From the IMG/VR virus record IMGVR_UViG_3300010362_000020, positions 1 to 53,370 of that record: DNA of 53,370 bases, one strand, 5' to 3'. Shown here in pieces: positions 36,364 to 45,371 of the stretch; within the stretch, counting starts at the first letter, position 1, and every line of letters begins with the position of its first letter. Made by a program: the position numbers and the translations under genes. This DNA comes from a virus. Its lineage: Duplodnaviria; Caudoviricetes. A model generated the notes under the pieces. It was not told the origin of the DNA. It made no database searches and worked only from the letters and a program-made list of their open reading frames with translations.

Positions 36364-36693
36364 TCACGCGGACCAGAGCAGCTTGAAGAGCATCGCGGTG
36401 CCGCAGCCGACCCCGATCAGCAGCGCGTAGGTCGTCGCGTCGGCATTGGCGGCGACGGTATCGAGCGCAGACATCGGCACCCGGCCAGTACGCGCGTACT
36501 CCGAGGCTCGAATCGACCCCCACACATCGCCCTCTTCCCGCAGTTCGTCCGACCGCGCCAACCCGTTCTTGATGACCCGATCGACTTGGCGGTCGAGACT
36601 CCATTCGTACAACCTGGGCCTGGCGAAGGCAAACAGCGCAACGGCTAACACGAGCGAGAGGGCGACACTCAACACAATCCGCTGGGATGACAT
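36364..36693 (-). CDS. Moron-like membrane protein (two TM helices), antisense to the late operon
   Basis: Hydrophobic N- and C-terminal segments; lower GC; GGAGG-like upstream sequence. Confidence 0.6.
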   Translation of the reverse strand: MSSQRIVLSVALSLVLAVALFAFARPRLYEWSLDRQVDRVIKNGLARSDELREEGDVWGSIRASEYARTGRVPMSALDTVAANADATTYALLIGVGCGTAMLFKLLWSA

Positions 36694-36855
36694 CCTGGGG
36701 GAACCTCCGGCTGAACCTTAGCTCATCCGTCCGGCCGCGGCAACCCCCCGCGGGGGCGCCTTCTCCAGCGACCAGGGTCGCGCGCACATTGAGGCGGTGA
36801 CGCGCGCCAGGGGGGATCTTGACGGCCCCCCATTCTCCCCTGACGCTACCCCTCC

Positions 36856-37023
36856 ATGCCGCTCACCCCGTCCGGCAGCAAGGTCCTCGCCTCGATGCGC
36901 GACCAGTACGGGCCCGAGAAGGGCGAGCGCGTCTTCTACGCGACGGCCAACAAGAAGCCGGCGCTCGGGCGGAAGTGGCACGGCAAGTCGTCCACGGCCC
37001 CGCGGTCGCTGAGCAAGAGGTGA
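36856..37023 (+). CDS. Small basic protein
   Basis: MPLTPSGSKVLASMRDQYGPEKGERVFYATANK...PRSLSKR. Confidence 0.7.
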   Translation: MPLTPSGSKVLASMRDQYGPEKGERVFYATANKKPALGRKWHGKSSTAPRSLSKR

Positions 37024-37026
37024 GCG

Positions 37027-37278
37027 GTGGCAGAGAAACCCGGGCGGCCGATGCTCGACAAAGACCTGAACGAGGATCTCGGGGTCAAGCGGTACCCAAA
37101 CCTCCCGCTCAATCACGAGACCGTCCGGTTGACGCCGGAAAGTCGGCACCAGGTGCGCGACATCGTGCTGGGCCGACGTCAGTACGAAGGGATCCAACCC
37201 GGCGACATCGAGTTGAAGCCCGCACGCACGCGCGAGATGCGCCGGAAGTCCCCGGCTCGGAGCCTGTCGAAGCGATGA
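37027..37278 (+). CDS. Small basic protein
   Basis: GAGGTG RBS; ends PARSLSKR. Confidence 0.7.
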   Translation: MAEKPGRPMLDKDLNEDLGVKRYPNLPLNHETVRLTPESRHQVRDIVLGRRQYEGIQPGDIELKPARTREMRRKSPARSLSKR

Positions 37279-37412
37279 GCAAAGAGACCTTCGACCAGAT
37301 GATCGCGCGCGTCACCGCGAAGCGATCGGCCCCGAGCGCGGGGCCACCCCCGCCGCCGCCGAAGCTCGCGCCGTCGCCGGTCAAGCTCCCGGTGCCGTCC
37401 GCGAAGAAGTGA
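37275..37412 (+). CDS. Small Pro/Lys-rich protein
   Basis: ATGA coupling; MSKETFDQMIARV. Confidence 0.55.
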   Translation: MSKETFDQMIARVTAKRSAPSAGPPPPPPKLAPSPVKLPVPSAKK

Positions 37413-37422
37413 AGGAGCGATC

Positions 37423-37590
37423 ATGGCGTTTCCCTACAAGCCGACGACGAAGGACGCCGATCCGCACGCCGCCCCCGCCGCGCCGGCCTTCAGTAAGAAG
37501 TCCGCGCGCAAACGGAAGCAGCGCAAGGCGGCGCCGATCCAGAAGTCGATGATGCAGTCGGGGCGCTCCCTCTCGGGTGGGAGCCGCTGA
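37423..37590 (+). CDS. Small basic protein
   Basis: AAGGAG RBS; MAFPYK...GRSLSGGSR. Confidence 0.65.
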   Translation: MAFPYKPTTKDADPHAAPAAPAFSKKSARKRKQRKAAPIQKSMMQSGRSLSGGSR

Positions 37591-37760
37591 TGCCGCGCGT
37601 CACCGTCACCAAGGCGCCCAGCCCCGACAACGCGGTGGTCGTGAGCAAGAACATCAGTCCGTCGCTCGCCAAGGGCTCGGTCGGCGCGCAGGACTTCAAC
37701 AAGCGGACGACCGCGACCCGCCCGATCCGCGGCGGGCGGTCCCTGCAAGGGAGACGCTGA
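37590..37760 (+). CDS. Small basic protein
   Basis: TGATG coupling; ends GRSLQGRR. Confidence 0.6.
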   Translation: MPRVTVTKAPSPDNAVVVSKNISPSLAKGSVGAQDFNKRTTATRPIRGGRSLQGRR

Positions 37761-38173
37761 TGGCCTTCCCCGCGGCTGGCTTCCCCGGCACCGGGCCCAC
37801 GCCCGGCGCCCCGGCGCTCGACTACCCGCCGCCCTCGCCCACGCCGATGGGCGACGCCGGCTCCGGCTTCTCGATGCGCGGCATCGCAGGCCCCGGGCCC
37901 GGGCCGGCCGGCCAGATCCCGACACAAGGGATGCCGCCCGAAGTCCTGACCGGGATCACGCAATCGGCGCAGGCGATGTCGGACCTGCTCGACAGCTGGG
38001 CGCAGATCACGCCCGACCAGGGCCCGCAGCTCGCGCTCATCAAGGACATGGTCGCGCAGTACCTCGCCACGCTCATGGGCGCGGGCGCGGGTCCGGTCGC
38101 CCCGACCGCGCCCGGCTCCGCCTTCCCGGGCGGCGGCATGGACCGCGGCATCCCGGGTCCGGGCACGGTCTAG
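37760..38173 (+). CDS. Gly/Pro-rich head-region protein
   Basis: TGATG coupling; central helical hairpin. Confidence 0.7.
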   Translation: MAFPAAGFPGTGPTPGAPALDYPPPSPTPMGDAGSGFSMRGIAGPGPGPAGQIPTQGMPPEVLTGITQSAQAMSDLLDSWAQITPDQGPQLALIKDMVAQYLATLMGAGAGPVAPTAPGSAFPGGGMDRGIPGPGTV

Positions 38174-38328
38174 ATCCATTCCCACCGACGACGACGCCCA
38201 CTCCGACGACGACACCGCCGACGACCACCCCATTCACCCCCAGGTGAGAGGAGCGCTCGCCGCCCTTGCCCGCTCGCGCGGAGGGGCGCCGGCTGGCTCT
38301 TGCCTCAGCCCGGGAAGGAGTCAGCGCC

Positions 38329-39129
38329 ATGGGTGCATTCGAGTCGGGTCAATCGTTCCTCGCTGGCGTGCTCGCCAAGCTCCCCACGGAGCAGCGCGCA
38401 CAGGCCGAGGCGATCTTCAACGCCGCGGAGGCCAAAGATGCCGTCACCCTCCTCGGGGACGGGGCGCTCGCCCGCAGCGACTACAGCCGCTCGATGGATT
38501 CGCTTCGTGAAAAGGAAAGCGCGTTGACGGAGTACTACACGCGGCTCGATGGCTGGTACACCGACAACAAGGCGGCGCTCGACGCCGCGCGCGCGGGCGG
38601 GGGTGGCGACCCCGCACCGGGCCCCGCTCCCGCCCCGGCCCCTGCGCCAGCGGCGGGCGGGAATGTCGCGCTGACCCAGGACGACATCCGTCGTATCGCC
38701 AACGACGCGATCAACGAAGCGGGCCGCGACTACATCGCGGTGTCAGCGTTTCTCGCCACGCAGGGCGCGCGGCACTCGCATCTGTTCGGCGAGCCGCTCG
38801 ACATGACCGAACTGGTGGCGAACCCCAAACTCGGCAAACCCGTGTACGGCCAACCCGGGCGGGTCTACTCGCTCCAGGACGCGTATCTCGAAAAGTACGG
38901 CGAGCGGATCCAGCAGAAGCACAAAGAGGCCGAAGACAAGCGGATCAACGACGAAGTCGACAAGCGCTGGGCCGAGCGGCTCAAGCAGACCCAGAGCGGG
39001 CATCCCTTCCCGCTCCGGCAAGAATCCTCGCCGCTCGACGTCCTGCAGACCAAGGAAGGCCCCGCCCAGCACACGCTCGACTCCGCGGTCGCGGAGTACG
39101 AGCGCCTGGTCGCGGCCAAACAAGGCTAA
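38329..39129 (+). CDS. Putative capsid scaffolding protein
   Basis: Helical, DYSR motif; directly upstream of the MCP. Confidence 0.7.
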   Translation: MGAFESGQSFLAGVLAKLPTEQRAQAEAIFNAAEAKDAVTLLGDGALARSDYSRSMDSLREKESALTEYYTRLDGWYTDNKAALDAARAGGGGDPAPGPAPAPAPAPAAGGNVALTQDDIRRIANDAINEAGRDYIAVSAFLATQGARHSHLFGEPLDMTELVANPKLGKPVYGQPGRVYSLQDAYLEKYGERIQQKHKEAEDKRINDEVDKRWAERLKQTQSGHPFPLRQESSPLDVLQTKEGPAQHTLDSAVAEYERLVAAKQG

Positions 39130-39179
39130 GCGCCTGATCGCCGCCGCCGTCGCGACGAGTCCGCATTGAGGAGGCTCCC

Positions 39180-40232
39180 GTGGCAATTCAGCTCGACGAA
39201 GTCAACACCACTGTGACCAAGGAGATCGAGCCCGGTGTGGTGGACGGCTATTTCAAGGCCGGCCCCTTCATCGCGATGGCGAAGTCCCGTTTCAATCGGA
39301 AGTGGATCGGGCCGCAGATTCAAGAGAACTTCATGTACAAGCCGATGAAGGGGGGCGCGTACAAGAAGGGCTCCAGCTTCGACATCACCCGCCGGCAGAC
39401 GCGCACCGGCCTGCTCTTCGGCCCGCGCTACTACCAGGTCGGCATCACCGAGTTCCTCGAAGACCTCGAAGTCGAACTCGCCGGGCCGCGCGCCGCCTTC
39501 TCGGTGATCCGCACCGACATGGCGCAGGCCTCCCTCACCATGTCCGCGATCCTGGAGATCGCCGCCTTCCATCACGGCCAGGCGCTCGCGGGCGACGACC
39601 GCTCGATGGAGCTCAACGGCCTGGAAGAGGCGCTCAACAACGGCACCTCGGCCTCCTGGGCGGGGAACATCTTCCCCTCCTACGGCGGGCAGACGCGCGT
39701 GGACGTCAGCCCCGCGCTCGATCCCCCCTCAGGACTCATCGCGCAGGATCTCGGCGGCGCGCCGATCTCCTACCGCGTCCTGCGGCACAGCTACTTCAGC
39801 GCCATCATCGGCAACGAGGCGCCGACGATCGGCATCACGACCAACCGCTGTATGGGCTACATCGCGGAGAACTTCCTGCCGCACCAGATCATCGACACCA
39901 CGCAGCCGGAGATCAACTGGCCGGGGATGAAGTTCGACAAGGCGACGATCACGATGTCGCAGTACTGCCCGGGCGCCGACGGGGTCAACGATGCCGATCT
40001 CGGCGGCTACTTCGCGCCGAACGAGACCTTCTGGTGGCTCAACTTCGGCCCGCAGGGCGACGACGCCTACATCCGGCTCTACATCGCGCAGTCGCGGAAG
40101 TTCGCCTTCGGCTTCACCGGCTTCAAGGGCGCGCGGCAGGACAACCAGGTCGCCGGGCAGATTCTCTTCGCCGGCAACCTCACCGTGAAAGCCCTCCGGC
40201 TCTCGCGCGTGATCTCGGGGATCGGCAGCTAG
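39180..40232 (+). CDS. Major capsid protein
   Basis: 350 aa, strong RBS, position, NGLEEAL and FGFTGF..RQDNQ motifs. Confidence 0.85.
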   Translation: MAIQLDEVNTTVTKEIEPGVVDGYFKAGPFIAMAKSRFNRKWIGPQIQENFMYKPMKGGAYKKGSSFDITRRQTRTGLLFGPRYYQVGITEFLEDLEVELAGPRAAFSVIRTDMAQASLTMSAILEIAAFHHGQALAGDDRSMELNGLEEALNNGTSASWAGNIFPSYGGQTRVDVSPALDPPSGLIAQDLGGAPISYRVLRHSYFSAIIGNEAPTIGITTNRCMGYIAENFLPHQIIDTTQPEINWPGMKFDKATITMSQYCPGADGVNDADLGGYFAPNETFWWLNFGPQGDDAYIRLYIAQSRKFAFGFTGFKGARQDNQVAGQILFAGNLTVKALRLSRVISGIGS

Positions 40233-40272
40233 CCGCTGGGCTAGATGCATAGGCATCTCAAAGGAGTTCATC

Positions 40273-40839
40273 ATGCCCAGCGTCTTTGAACAGAATGCCG
40301 TCTACCTCCAGTCGGGTGACCCGACCAAGGAGGACGCCGCCAGCCTGATGGAGCCCGGCACCCTCGGGGCGCGCTTCTCCGTGCAGCACCCCGTCAGCCG
40401 CGCGACCCCGGCGACCCCGCCGCGCACCAAGCGCTTCCAGATCGTGCGCATCGACCCGGCCGCCGCCGCGGCCCCCAAGAGCGGCCAGCCGGTCTACTGG
40501 TCCGACCGGGCCAACTACGTGGTCACCACCGCCGGCGGCGCCGCGCTCAACCAGGTCGCCGGCGTCGTCAACAACGCCCCGACCCGCGGCAACTACAGCT
40601 GCATCCAGATCGGCGGACCCTGCCTGGTGCGCGCCAGTGACGCCAACGTCACCGCCGCCGTCGCCGGCGCCGACCTGCTGGTCGGGGGCGCCACCGATCT
40701 CGCCGTGCTGGTCGCGGCCGGCACCGCGCCCGGCACCAAGCCGCTCGGCGTGGTCTCGACGCCGAAGGTGACCGACGTCACCGGCGGCACCGGCAACCAG
40801 AAGGTGCAGGTCGACCTCGACCTGGGCGAGACGCTGTAG
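40273..40839 (+). CDS. Capsid cement/decoration-like protein
   Basis: Gly/Ala/Val-rich; directly after the MCP. Confidence 0.6.
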   Translation: MPSVFEQNAVYLQSGDPTKEDAASLMEPGTLGARFSVQHPVSRATPATPPRTKRFQIVRIDPAAAAAPKSGQPVYWSDRANYVVTTAGGAALNQVAGVVNNAPTRGNYSCIQIGGPCLVRASDANVTAAVAGADLLVGGATDLAVLVAAGTAPGTKPLGVVSTPKVTDVTGGTGNQKVQVDLDLGETL

Positions 40840-40848
40840 GAGGCCGAC

Positions 40849-41166
40849 ATGCCACTCGATCGTTCGGTCGGGAACTACTTCGATAGCTCGTCGAGCTTCC
40901 TCCGCCGGGTCGCGGTCTGGAAGGGGCCCAACCCCTACGCCACCGGGGGCGAGGCGGTGACGGCGGCGACCTTCGGGCTCGGACGGATCCTGGCGTTTCT
41001 CCCGGGCACGGCGGTCGACGCCGCCGGCGCGGTGCGGACGCTCTTCTACAACCCGGTGACGCAGAAGATCCAGTGGGTCAGCTACGGCGCCTCGGGGGCG
41101 TCCGAGGTTGCCAACGGCACCGACCTCTCGACCTTCGCGGCGCCCTTCGAGGTGATCGGCCAGTAG
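40849..41166 (+). CDS. Virion structural protein
   Basis: YATGGE...EVANGTDLS motif. Confidence 0.65.
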   Translation: MPLDRSVGNYFDSSSSFLRRVAVWKGPNPYATGGEAVTAATFGLGRILAFLPGTAVDAAGAVRTLFYNPVTQKIQWVSYGASGASEVANGTDLSTFAAPFEVIGQ

Positions 41167-41184
41167 CCTGGCCGACCGGCCCCG

Positions 41185-41898
41185 ATGGCGGAAGACTTCG
41201 GCTATGCGTGGCGGACGGTGCGGCTCTACTGCCCGTCCGCCCCGACGTTTCTCGCGCGCGAGTGGGTGCAGGCCGCCTGGAAGCAGCTCCTGGCCGCGCG
41301 CCGCTGGAGCTTCATGCGGGGCACGCTCGCGGTCCCCTACGACGGCAGCTCGCCCTACGTCACGATGCCCTCCGACTTCGCCTCGTTCGACATCGTGGTC
41401 GATACCGCGCAGCAGAAGAAGATCTGCACCGACCAGTCGCTCGCCGAGCTCACCTGCGCCGATCCGATGCACGCCGTGACCGGCCCGCCCCGCGCGCTCC
41501 TCCCGGCGACCCCCGGCCCGAACGGCGAAGTGCGCTACGAGGTCTATCCGCACGGCAGCGCGGCGACCTTCAGCGGGTATTACAACCGCCAGGGCCCACG
41601 CCTCACCGACGGGCAATTCTTCTCCGGGGTGCTGGCCGATGGCGCCGAGGTCCTGGTCGCCGGTGCGCTCGCGCAGGCGGCGCTCTGGCCGGGCACCGGC
41701 GAGAAACCGAACCCCTACTTCAACGCCGGCCTCGCGCAGACCAAGGCGAACGAGTTCAAGTACGGCGTGCAGATGCTCTCGCTGCGCGACGACGAACAGG
41801 CGCCCGCCGATCTCTGGGACAGTTGGGAGCAAGCGGACTGCGGCTGCGGCTGCAGCGCCGGCGGTGATCCACGCGCCACAGATGCCTGTGCATGGTAA
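41185..41898 (+). CDS. Head-tail adaptor/ring-like protein
   Basis: RWSF, MPSDF, GPP, VYP, LVAGALA pattern. Confidence 0.6.
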   Translation: MAEDFGYAWRTVRLYCPSAPTFLAREWVQAAWKQLLAARRWSFMRGTLAVPYDGSSPYVTMPSDFASFDIVVDTAQQKKICTDQSLAELTCADPMHAVTGPPRALLPATPGPNGEVRYEVYPHGSAATFSGYYNRQGPRLTDGQFFSGVLADGAEVLVAGALAQAALWPGTGEKPNPYFNAGLAQTKANEFKYGVQMLSLRDDEQAPADLWDSWEQADCGCGCSAGGDPRATDACAW

Positions 41899-41908
41899 GG
41901 AGACTCCA

Positions 41909-42202
41909 ATGCCTGATCTCAAAACCTTCTGGGACAACCCGGGGATGCCGAAGACCTACGACCTCAGCGCCGACGGCGTCGTGTCGAGCGGCACCGATCC
42001 CGAGGTGACCATCGACGCGCCCAATGGCCTCGCCGGCGAGGTGCTCTGGCCCGCGCCGCCCGTCCCTGGCACCGACGGCCAGGAGTCGCCGAACTCCGTC
42101 TCCGGCCTGCCGGCGCTGCCGAACCGCTTCGAGTCCTCCGAGCAGCCGCCGCCGCCCCCGACGCTGCAGGACCGCCGGCCCGGCACGATCGACGAGCGCT
42201 GA
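41909..42202 (+). CDS. Hypothetical acidic Pro-rich protein
   Basis: AAGGAG RBS. Confidence 0.6.
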   Translation: MPDLKTFWDNPGMPKTYDLSADGVVSSGTDPEVTIDAPNGLAGEVLWPAPPVPGTDGQESPNSVSGLPALPNRFESSEQPPPPPTLQDRRPGTIDER

Positions 42203-42203
42203 G

Positions 42204-42509
42204 ATGGTCGCGGTCTACACGCTCGCGCTCGCGGCCTCGGCCAAGCGCCTCTCGGACGTCCTGGGCGGCACGCCGGGCACGCCCGACGAGACCAAGAACG
42301 TCCCGTTCCGGCAGCTGCTCTTCACGGCGACCGGGGCCGCGGCGACGATCGGCGGCGCCGGCGTCACCACGACGACCGGCGTCACCGTCGCCACCACCGC
42401 GCCCCTGCCGCTCTCGATCGGCCCGTTCCCCACCGGCGCCGTGAAGCTCTCCGATCTCTATGCGGTCGGGACCGGGGCGACGCTCACGGTGCTGGGCGTG
42501 CCGTACTGA
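42204..42509 (+). CDS. Small beta-rich virion protein
   Basis: GVT...G....LSDLYAVG. Confidence 0.65.
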   Translation: MVAVYTLALAASAKRLSDVLGGTPGTPDETKNVPFRQLLFTATGAAATIGGAGVTTTTGVTVATTAPLPLSIGPFPTGAVKLSDLYAVGTGATLTVLGVPY

Positions 42510-42524
42510 CCGAGGGAGGGCCCG

Positions 42525-43583
42525 ATGGCGCTGCTCTGGATGGACAGCTTCGATCACTACGCGACCGCCGATCTGGTGGACAAGTACGGGGCCACCGGCA
42601 GCTCAATCGGCGGCAGCAGTCAGACCATCGGCAGCGGGAATGGCCGGCGCGGGAGCAACGGCCTGCTGGCGCGGTTCGGCTCGGGCATCTCTCGGTCCTT
42701 CCCGGCGGCGTCGACCGTCATCGCCGGGTTCGCCGTGCGGCACAAGGATGTCGCGGCGCGGGTCTTTCTGACCCTCGGCGAGACGGGCGCGGACCATATC
42801 AGCCTCCGGTTGAACGCGGATGGGTCGATCGCGATCCTGCGCAACACCGGCTCCGCCTCCTCCTTCGGCTTCAACAACAACGGCACGGTCGTCGCGACGA
42901 CGGCGGCCGGCCTGGTCACCGCCACGACCTACAACCAGCTGCAGCTCAAGGTCATCATCCATTCGACCACCGGCCTGGCCGAACTGCGGCTCAACGGCAC
43001 CACCACCCCCGTGGCGACCTTCAGCGGCAACACGCGCAACGGCGGGACGGGCAACGCCACCTTCCTCAACGTGGGGGTCTCGGACGGCACCTCCACCGGC
43101 GCCGACTACGACGACTGGTGGATCTGCGACGGCACCGGCCCCGCGCCGACGAACGACTACCTCGGGGACTGCCGCGTCGACCCGCGCTTTCCCACGGCCG
43201 CCGGCGCGCTCACGCAGTGGACCCCGTCGGCGGGGGCGAACTGGCAGACCGTCGACGACGCCGCGCCGAACGACGACACCGATTACAACAGCGCGACGAC
43301 CGTCGGGCTCGAAGACACCTTCACCGTGCAGGATGCCCCCGTGCCGGGCGCCACGCTCTACGGGGCCCAGGTCAACATCAACGTCAAGAAGCTGGATGCG
43401 GGCGTCTGCGAGATCGCGCCGGTCACTCGCGTGGGTGGCACCAGCTACCTCGGGACGAGCCTCAACCCCGGCACCGTCTACAGCTACTTCACCGACGTGC
43501 GCGCGACCAATCCCGCGACCGGGCTCGCGTGGACCGAGGCGGAGTTCAACGCGGCGGAGTTCGGCTACCGGAAAACGGCCTAG
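42525..43583 (+). CDS. Virion protein with ConA/LamG-like plus C-terminal beta-sandwich domains (paralog 1)
   Basis: DSFDHY, ELRLNG, YDDW, NWQTVDD, NPATG.AWT....AAEFGY. Confidence 0.7.
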   Translation: MALLWMDSFDHYATADLVDKYGATGSSIGGSSQTIGSGNGRRGSNGLLARFGSGISRSFPAASTVIAGFAVRHKDVAARVFLTLGETGADHISLRLNADGSIAILRNTGSASSFGFNNNGTVVATTAAGLVTATTYNQLQLKVIIHSTTGLAELRLNGTTTPVATFSGNTRNGGTGNATFLNVGVSDGTSTGADYDDWWICDGTGPAPTNDYLGDCRVDPRFPTAAGALTQWTPSAGANWQTVDDAAPNDDTDYNSATTVGLEDTFTVQDAPVPGATLYGAQVNINVKKLDAGVCEIAPVTRVGGTSYLGTSLNPGTVYSYFTDVRATNPATGLAWTEAEFNAAEFGYRKTA

Positions 43584-43601
43584 CGCGGGGGCGGGCATCT
43601 C

Positions 43602-44246
43602 GTGAGCGACGCCCGAGTCACACAGCTCCCCGTCGAGACCCTCACCCACGCGCCGCTGCCGGCGCCCGCGGCACGCACCACGCAGGTCGCGACCGACCTC
43701 CTCACCCATGCGCCGCTGCCGGCGCCCGCGGCGCGCACCACGCAGGTCGCCGTCGACATCCTGAGCGGCGCCGTCCCGCCACCCCCGGTGGCGCGCGTGA
43801 CGCAGGTCGCCGTCGACGTCCTGACCGCCGCGCCCCCGGCGCCTCCCGCGGGGGTCGTGACCCAGGTGGCCGTCGACACCCTGACCGCGGCTCCGGTGCC
43901 CGCGGGGGCGACGCAGCTGGCCGTCGACACCCTCACCGCCCTCCCGCCGACCCCGCCCGGCCCGGAAGCGGTCACCCAGGTGGTCGCCGAGCTCGTCCAC
44001 GTCCTGCCGAAGGCGCCGCTCGCGGCGAGCCAGGTGGTCGCCGAGCTCGTCGCCAAGCCCCCCGAGGCACAGGAGGCGCGGCTCACCCAACTGGTCTGCG
44101 AGCTGATCGTCATCCCGATCGTCCCGCCGCCGGTCGCCGAGGTGGACTTTCCCGTGGACGACGTGGTCGGCGGCACCTCCTGCGCCACCGACTTCCCCGT
44201 CGACACGCCGAGCGGCACCGCCTGCCGAACCGACTTCCCGATCTGA
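43602..44246 (+). CDS. TQVAVD-repeat virion protein
   Basis: Nine (R/V)xTQ(V/L)x(V/A)(D/E)xL units with Pro-rich linkers; three DFP(V/I) at the C-terminus. Confidence 0.75.
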   Translation: MSDARVTQLPVETLTHAPLPAPAARTTQVATDLLTHAPLPAPAARTTQVAVDILSGAVPPPPVARVTQVAVDVLTAAPPAPPAGVVTQVAVDTLTAAPVPAGATQLAVDTLTALPPTPPGPEAVTQVVAELVHVLPKAPLAASQVVAELVAKPPEAQEARLTQLVCELIVIPIVPPPVAEVDFPVDDVVGGTSCATDFPVDTPSGTACRTDFPI

Positions 44247-44262
44247 GAAAGGACACCCGCCG

Positions 44263-45321
44263 ATGGCCCTCCGCTTCCTCGACAGCTTCGATCACTACGA
44301 CCCCTCGCTCGGCGCCAACCAGGCGACCTGGAAGTGGACCAACGGCGGCGGCTTCCGCCAGCCCGGGCTCCACGGCTACGGGCACGTCGGCGGGCTGAAC
44401 AAGGGGATGGTCTTCGACCCGCCGACGATCATCATGGAGGCCTACATCAAGACCAACGGGCCGGCGTCCTACTTCGCGCTGCGCGACACCGAGTTCAACC
44501 AGCAGATCGCCATCGGCCGCACCAACGACGGCCGGATCGAGGTGACCCGTTGGGGCGATACCAGCGGCGAGCATCTGGACCGCGTCATCTTCACGGACCC
44601 GGACCTGATCCGCGGCGACACCTGGTATCACCTCGGGTGGAAGGTGTTCGTCGATCCCACCGACGGGTCCGTCGAAGTGCGGCTCAATGGCGCCGTGGTC
44701 GGGACCTACACCGGGCCGACGACCACCCTGATCAGCCTCGGCGGTGTGCCCTTCTGGAGCGGGGCGATCGGCACCTTCGCGCTCTCCGATCCCTTCAACG
44801 GCACCGTCTACGACGACCTGGTCGTGATGGACGCGCAGGACGACGGGATTGACGACCCGCGGCTCCCCGGCGGGGGTGGCTTCGACAAGTTCCTCGGGCC
44901 CGTCGAGATCATCGTCCGGGTGCCGGACGCGCCGGGCCTCCTCGCGGAGTGGACGCCGGCGCCGACCGTGCCGAACTGGCAGAACGTCGATGACCTGCCG
45001 CAGCCCGACGTCGACGCGACCGTCAACGCGGCGGCGCCCGAGGCGCTCGGCGCGACCGATCTCTTCGCCATGCAGGATCTCCCGCCCGACCGGGATGTCG
45101 TCGCGGTGCAGTCGCTCGTCTGCGCGCGGAAGACCCAGGAAGGGGTCGCCGCCATCGCGCGGCTGATTCACGAGAGCGGGACGACGACCGTCGGCGCCCC
45201 CTACTACCTGCCGAGTACCTACACCTACCTGCTCGCGATCGAGCCGACCTTGCCGGATGGGTCGCTGTGGACGCGCGTGCAGTGGAACGGCATCCAGTAC
45301 GGCTACCGGCGGATGGCCTGA
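44263..45321 (+). CDS. Virion protein, ConA/LamG-like (paralog 2)
   Basis: DSFDHY, WYHL, EVRLNG, YDDL, NWQNVDD, WT.....IQYGY; same length (352 aa) as paralog 1. Confidence 0.7.
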   Translation: MALRFLDSFDHYDPSLGANQATWKWTNGGGFRQPGLHGYGHVGGLNKGMVFDPPTIIMEAYIKTNGPASYFALRDTEFNQQIAIGRTNDGRIEVTRWGDTSGEHLDRVIFTDPDLIRGDTWYHLGWKVFVDPTDGSVEVRLNGAVVGTYTGPTTTLISLGGVPFWSGAIGTFALSDPFNGTVYDDLVVMDAQDDGIDDPRLPGGGGFDKFLGPVEIIVRVPDAPGLLAEWTPAPTVPNWQNVDDLPQPDVDATVNAAAPEALGATDLFAMQDLPPDRDVVAVQSLVCARKTQEGVAAIARLIHESGTTTVGAPYYLPSTYTYLLAIEPTLPDGSLWTRVQWNGIQYGYRRMA

Positions 45322-45371
45322 CCCCAGGGGGATCTTGCCAGCGGTGATCGCGCACCAGAGACTGGAGCCCC

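Noticed and set aside
41881-41894. Further degenerate palindrome copies (41881, about 49645, about 52787)
   Set aside because: Mismatches fall in or next to the core; could be chance
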